In this document: positions 58,792-64,000 of the stretch, in pieces
Numbering within the stretch: the first letter of the stretch is position 1
How the letters are laid out: each line of letters opens with the position of its first letter
Made by a program: the position numbers and the translations under genes
Notes under the pieces: generated by a model
Seen by the model: the letters and a program-made list of their open reading frames with translations, nothing else
What the model was told of the DNA's origin: nothing
Databases searched by the model: none
Assembly: GCA_963664815.2 (NCBI GenBank)
Contig: CAXXHB010000002.1
Coordinates: forward strand, 640,001 to 704,000
Direction of reading: 5' to 3'
Source: Spirochaetota bacterium
Lineage (GTDB): Bacteria > Spirochaetota > UBA4802 > UBA5550
Length of the DNA: 64,000 nucleotides

Positions 58792-61437
58792 ATGGAACTT
58801 TCCCCCTCTTATGAACCAAAAAAGGCTGAAGAAAAATGGTATGAGTACTGGGAAAAAAATGGTTATTTTCATGCCGATGTGAATGACGGCAAAGAACCTT
58901 TTTCAATAGTAATACCACCCCCTAATGTAACGGGGAACCTTCATATGGGGCATGCGCTTAATAATACTCTCCAGGATATACTTGCCAGATGGCAGAGAAT
59001 GAAGGGGAAATCAGTTTTATGGATGCCTGGAACAGACCATGCGGGGATTGCAACACAGAATGTTGTTGAAAGACTACTTGCCTCTGAGGGTAAGACAAAA
59101 CACGATTTGGGACGTGAAGAGTTTGAGAAGAGAGTATGGAAGTGGAAGGAACACTCGGGAAACCAGATTCAGGGGCAGCTTCGGAGGCTTGGAAGTTCTC
59201 TTGACTGGCAAAGGGAGAGGTTTACACTTGATGCCGGTCTGTCAAAGGCAGTAAGGAAAGTTTTTGTTACCTTGTATGATGAAGGCCTTATATATCAGGG
59301 ATACAGAATAATCAACTGGTGTTCAAGATGCGAAACGGCGCTTTCTGACATTGAAACAGATTTCAAGGAACTTGACGGGAATCTCTGGTATATAAAGTAT
59401 CCGGTTAAGGGTAGCCTTGAATATATTGTGGTAGCCACAACACGGCCGGAAACAATGCTCGGCGACACAGGGGTCGCGGTGAATCCGGAGGATGGCAGAC
59501 ACAATCATCTCATAGGGAAAACGGCAGTTCTCCCTTTAATGAACAGGGAGATTCCAATCTTTGGTGACAATTATGTAGACATGGAGTTCGGAACAGGTTT
59601 TGTAAAGGTGACACCTGCTCATGATCCAAATGACTTTGAGATGGGGAAGAGACACAACCTTGAAGAGATTATAATAATGGATGAACACGCCGTTATAAAT
59701 AAAAACGGTGGAAAATACAGCGGATTGGACAGATATGAAGCCCGGAAGAAGATTGTTGCTGACCTTGAAAATATGGGACTTCTTGTTAAAGCGGATAAGC
59801 ATGTCCATTCAGTGGGACACTGTTACAGGTGCGGGACTGTTATTGAACCATATCTCTCAAAGCAATGGTTTGTTAAAATCAAACCGCTGGCAGATGATGC
59901 CATTAAGGTTGTAGAGGAAGGAAAAATAAAATTTGTTCCGAAAAACTGGGAAAAAACGTATTTTGAATGGATGTATAATATAAGGGATTGGTGTATTTCA
60001 CGGCAGCTCTGGTGGGGACACAGGATTCCCGCATTTTACTGTGATGACTGCGGACATATTACGGTTACAATGGAAGATCCAGAAAAGTGTTCCAAATGTG
60101 GATCTGCAAAAATCCGGCAGGATGAAGATGTTCTTGATACATGGTTTTCTTCTGCATTATGGCCTTTCTCCACAATGGGATGGCCTGATAACACCCCCGA
60201 GCTTAAAAAGTATTATCCCACAAGTGTTCTTGTTACAGGTTTCGATATAATATTTTTCTGGGTTGCCAGGATGATAATGACTGGTGTGAAGTTCATGAAG
60301 GATATGCCTTTTCTTGACGTTTATATTCACGCACTGGTAAGAGATGAACATGGACAAAAGATGAGCAAATCAAAGGGAAATGTTATTGATCCGCTTGTAG
60401 TGATGGACCAATATGGAACAGATGCTTTCAGGTTTACCCTTGCTGCGTTCGCGGCACAGGGGAGAGATATTATCCTTTCGGAGAAGAGAATTGAAGGGTA
60501 TAGTTCTTTTTGTAACAAGATCTGGAATGCTACAAGGTTCATTCTTATGAATCTAGGAGATGATTTCAAACCGGAAAGAATCGATTCAGTCAAGCTTGAA
60601 GATTTTGATAAATGGATACTTCATTCTCTGAATGATACGATTAAAAATGTATCAGAATCGCTGGAACAGTACAGATTTAATGAAGCTGCAAATTTCCTCT
60701 ATGAATTCCTGTGGGGTGAGTTCTGTGACTGGTATCTTGAACTTGTTAAGCAGAGGTTATATGCAAAAGTAAACATCTCTGAAGAGTCTTCCCGCTCTGC
60801 AAAACAGGTGTTATATTATACACTCAAACAATCACTTCTTCTTATGCATCCTTTTATGCCTTTTATTACAGAGGAGATATGGAGCAGGATTAAAACAGAT
60901 GGGGAATCTGATATAATAATTTCACCATGGCCTTGTTTCAGTAATGAAATGATTTTTCAAGAAAATTCAAATTATACTGTCATTTTTAAAGAAATTATAT
61001 ACAAAATAAGAAATGTCAGAGGTGAGATGAATATTCCTCCTGACAAAAAGGGATCTGTCATCTTTAAAACAGAAGATAAAATGTTGCTGCGTATTATAGC
61101 GACTGAATCAGTTCATATACAGGCTCTTGCGAAGGTTGAAAGCATAACTGTTGATCCGTTCTATAAACCTGATAAGACTGATGCATCAGCTGTAATGCCG
61201 AATCTTGAGATATTCATGCCGCTCAGTGGCCTGATAGATATTGAAAAGGAAACAGCTAGACTTGAGAGAGAAATTTCAAAAATAAGAATTGACCTTGAAA
61301 AGGTTGTTGCTAAATTATCAAGTGAGAGTTTTACTGGGAAAGCGCCTCTTGAAATCATTGAGAAAGAGAGAGGTAAAGAGAGAGAATACAGGGAAATTCT
61401 TGGTAAACTTGAAGAGAGTCTCTGTAAGATAAAATAA
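58792..61437 (+). CDS. valS: Valine--tRNA ligase
   Basis: PPPNVTGNLHMGH, DWCISRQLWWGH, KMSKS and a C-terminal coiled coil. Confidence 0.98.
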   Translation: MELSPSYEPKKAEEKWYEYWEKNGYFHADVNDGKEPFSIVIPPPNVTGNLHMGHALNNTLQDILARWQRMKGKSVLWMPGTDHAGIATQNVVERLLASEGKTKHDLGREEFEKRVWKWKEHSGNQIQGQLRRLGSSLDWQRERFTLDAGLSKAVRKVFVTLYDEGLIYQGYRIINWCSRCETALSDIETDFKELDGNLWYIKYPVKGSLEYIVVATTRPETMLGDTGVAVNPEDGRHNHLIGKTAVLPLMNREIPIFGDNYVDMEFGTGFVKVTPAHDPNDFEMGKRHNLEEIIIMDEHAVINKNGGKYSGLDRYEARKKIVADLENMGLLVKADKHVHSVGHCYRCGTVIEPYLSKQWFVKIKPLADDAIKVVEEGKIKFVPKNWEKTYFEWMYNIRDWCISRQLWWGHRIPAFYCDDCGHITVTMEDPEKCSKCGSAKIRQDEDVLDTWFSSALWPFSTMGWPDNTPELKKYYPTSVLVTGFDIIFFWVARMIMTGVKFMKDMPFLDVYIHALVRDEHGQKMSKSKGNVIDPLVVMDQYGTDAFRFTLAAFAAQGRDIILSEKRIEGYSSFCNKIWNATRFILMNLGDDFKPERIDSVKLEDFDKWILHSLNDTIKNVSESLEQYRFNEAANFLYEFLWGEFCDWYLELVKQRLYAKVNISEESSRSAKQVLYYTLKQSLLLMHPFMPFITEEIWSRIKTDGESDIIISPWPCFSNEMIFQENSNYTVIFKEIIYKIRNVRGEMNIPPDKKGSVIFKTEDKMLLRIIATESVHIQALAKVESITVDPFYKPDKTDASAVMPNLEIFMPLSGLIDIEKETARLEREISKIRIDLEKVVAKLSSESFTGKAPLEIIEKERGKEREYREILGKLEESLCKIK

Positions 61438-61471
61438 ACAGACTTTAAAACGGTTAAATGAGAGGATTAAA

Positions 61472-62209
61472 ATGAATAAGAGACATTTTTATCTGGCAGC
61501 AGTTGCAATAGTTATTCTGGTATCGCCTGTACTTCCGCTGGAAATGGAAGATCTTCTGACAAAAAAACTGACCGAAGACAGAATGAAATATTTCCCCGTC
61601 CCGGAGGGTAATATTAATTATGTTTTTCTGCAGTCAATTGAAAATGATACAACAATTGTTATTGGGGATTTCTCCGGTCTTGATAAAAAGATAATTATGA
61701 TTACTGACAAAAATGGTGATAATACTATTGATTCAGTTATTGAATATTATCCTTTAACAAAAGATCTTAAAAAAAGAAATGAAACTCAGTCAAAATTTTT
61801 CAATAAAGATATAGCAAAACTGAAAAGGGATATTATCGATGGAACGATTTATAAAGGAAACTATACTGACAACATGAAGTCCCTGAAAACACTGGAAAGC
61901 ATTTTAAATAATCCTGATACTAATTCGTTTTCAGCCGAGATATATGGATTCAATATAAGGTTTTTTGAAACAGATGAAAGGCAGAGACATTCGGCTCTTT
62001 TTGCATATGGAAAGAATGCAGGGGGATATTATCTCCAGTTTAAAACAGAGTATTACCGAAAAGATTTTAAGACCGAACAGAAACCTGTGTTAAAATATTC
62101 TGTATACTGCAAGGATACAAATGATCCTGTTGTCAAGGAGACTGTTGAAAACCTTTTCAAGATAAGACAGCCCGGGGTTAATTCTGTAAAAGGAGTAAGT
62201 ACAAAATAA
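61472..62209 (+). CDS. Exported hypothetical protein
   Basis: GAGG RBS, signal peptide and a DKNGDNTID motif. Confidence 0.72.
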   Translation: MNKRHFYLAAVAIVILVSPVLPLEMEDLLTKKLTEDRMKYFPVPEGNINYVFLQSIENDTTIVIGDFSGLDKKIIMITDKNGDNTIDSVIEYYPLTKDLKKRNETQSKFFNKDIAKLKRDIIDGTIYKGNYTDNMKSLKTLESILNNPDTNSFSAEIYGFNIRFFETDERQRHSALFAYGKNAGGYYLQFKTEYYRKDFKTEQKPVLKYSVYCKDTNDPVVKETVENLFKIRQPGVNSVKGVSTK

Positions 62210-62236
62210 AATAAATATATAATAAATCTCTTTTTT

Positions 62237-62280
62237 ATTGCTGGTTTCTCAAATCATTAAAGATTCCGGAAACCAGCAAT
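62237..62280. terminator. Bidirectional terminator hairpin
   Basis: ATTGCTGGTTTC...GAAACCAGCAAT between convergent genes. Confidence 0.7.
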
Positions 62281-62315
62281 TTATCAGTTTATTTGAAATG
62301 AACTTTTTATATCTT

Positions 62316-63527
62316 TCAAATCATCGCTTTCAGTCTTCTGTCTATTTCTTGGAGAAAATCTTCGGTATTAACGGTTTTAATATCTCTATCTTCGCATAAC
62401 ATCGCAAGGTCTTTTGTCATTACACCCTCTTCAATTGTCTGAATTGAAGCTTTATCAAGTTTGTCAGCAAATACAACAAGTTCCGGTAGATTGTCAAGTT
62501 CCCCCCTTTTCCTGAGTGCACCAGACCATGCAAATATCGTAGCCATGGAATTAGTTGAAGTTTCTTCTCCCTTGAGATGTTTGTAATAATGTCTTTGAAC
62601 TGTGCCATGAGCAGCTTCATATTCAAAATAACCTTCGGGTGATACAAGAACTGAAGTCATCATGGCCAGACTGCCGAATATCGTAGCTACCATATCTGAC
62701 ATTACATCACCGTCGTAGTTTTTACATGCCCAGATGTACCCCCCTTCGGAACGTACAACACGCGCAACAGCATCATCTATCAAAGTATAGAAGTATTCTA
62801 TTTTCAGGTTTTCAAACTTATCTTTATATTCTGCATTGTAAAGATCCTGAAAAATATCCTTGAACCTGTGGTCGTATTTTTTTGAGATTGTATCTTTAGT
62901 GGCAAACCAGAGATCCTGTTTCTGGTCAATGGCATAGTTAAAGCATGATCTGGCAAAACTTGTTATAGAGCTGTCAATATTATGCATTCCCATAATTACG
63001 CCAGGTCCGTCGAATTCATGAATAGTTTCCTTTGAAACACTACCGTTTGCTGAAGTGAAAACAAGTTCGGCTTTTCCTTTTCCCGGAACACGATATTCAA
63101 CATTTTTATAAACATCACCATACGCATGACGTGCTATTGTAATAGGTTTCTTCCATGCCGGTATAGATGGTCTAATTCTGTTGACGGTGATAGGAGTTCT
63201 GAAAACGGTTCCATCAAGAATGGCCCTTATTGTGCCATTGGGGCTTTTCCACATCTCTTTAAGGTTGTATTCTTTGACTCTCTCCGCATTTGCTGTAATT
63301 GTTGCGCATTTTACGGCAACACCATATTTTTTTGTAGCATTAGCCGAATCAATTGTAACCTGATCATTGGTTTTGTCCCTGTACTCAAGTCCGAGATCGT
63401 AGTACTCGGCTTTAAGATCGATGTATGGCATAAGCAGTATATCCTTAATCATCTTCCAGATAATTCTGGTCATCTCATCACCGTCCATTTCAACAAGAGG
63501 GGTTTTCATCTGTATTTTTCCGCTCAT
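62316..63527 (-). CDS. icd: NADP-dependent isocitrate dehydrogenase
   Basis: [33 protein letters not shown] and EAAHGTV. Confidence 0.97.
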   Translation of the reverse strand: MSGKIQMKTPLVEMDGDEMTRIIWKMIKDILLMPYIDLKAEYYDLGLEYRDKTNDQVTIDSANATKKYGVAVKCATITANAERVKEYNLKEMWKSPNGTIRAILDGTVFRTPITVNRIRPSIPAWKKPITIARHAYGDVYKNVEYRVPGKGKAELVFTSANGSVSKETIHEFDGPGVIMGMHNIDSSITSFARSCFNYAIDQKQDLWFATKDTISKKYDHRFKDIFQDLYNAEYKDKFENLKIEYFYTLIDDAVARVVRSEGGYIWACKNYDGDVMSDMVATIFGSLAMMTSVLVSPEGYFEYEAAHGTVQRHYYKHLKGEETSTNSMATIFAWSGALRKRGELDNLPELVVFADKLDKASIQTIEEGVMTKDLAMLCEDRDIKTVNTEDFLQEIDRRLKAMI

Positions 63528-64000
63528 CTGATTCTCCTATTTATAATATAAAAAAGTCTATTAATTGATATCAGTTCTTCCTGAATTTATGTTTTTTTAA
63601 ATGTTAAACCACGAATTGACTGATAAGTCAGCTATATGCAATTATAACAAATGCTTCTGTATTGTGCGGCAGTTTTCAAAACAGAAGAATGTTATACTGA
63701 ATCCCACAAATAAATTAGATAATAATACTGATCATTTCAAACATATAATTAAATGTATATTAGTTTTGTGCGATTTTGAATCAATAAAAATGGAATACCA
63801 AATAGGGTAAAATGAGTATTCACTTATAACACTTAGTATAGAAACATACATTTGATATACAGGAATTTCTGTAAATCAATAACTTCAGTTTTTATAATTA
63901 ATTATTATTTTTTTTAAATAATGATTAAAACTGTTTTTTATTGTCTGAGTTGCCATGTTTACAAGATTAACATTTTACAGGGTAAACATGATTTCTTTTC

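Overview
AT-rich bacterial chromosomal window, probably from an anaerobic Spirochaetota-like organism (inferred from gene content and Leptospira-like hypothetical proteins; not proven). The backbone is metabolic and regulatory: MTAP, tungstate ABC transporter tupABC, a group 3d NAD-reducing [NiFe] hydrogenase hoxFUYHW, pyruvate kinase, GapN, isocitrate dehydrogenase, valS, an acyl-CoA dehydrogenase, three paralogous acetyl-CoA hydrolase/transferases, two membrane PP2C/SpoIIE phosphatases, a diguanylate cyclase, an MCP and a PAS kinase/LuxR pair. A ~7 kb accessory defence-island-like region (about 15.5-22.5 kb) holds a decayed type I restriction-modification locus (hsdM with its middle deleted, internally deleted rhuM, an hsdR stub, no hsdS), a truncated PIN gene, an intact translationally coupled three-gene operon (TIGR04255-like + WDGYGA protein + putative ADP-ribosyltransferase-fold toxin), a relic of a second higA, and an intact higB / higA-IrrE module. 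The three-gene operon is the best candidate for an undescribed system. Other leads are a nucleotidyltransferase/partner pair, a structured intergenic RNA candidate, a frameshift at the start of hoxY and a small secreted 6-Cys peptide. No rRNA, tRNA, CRISPR array, integrase or transposase was recognised. All family calls come from reading motifs, not from database searches.
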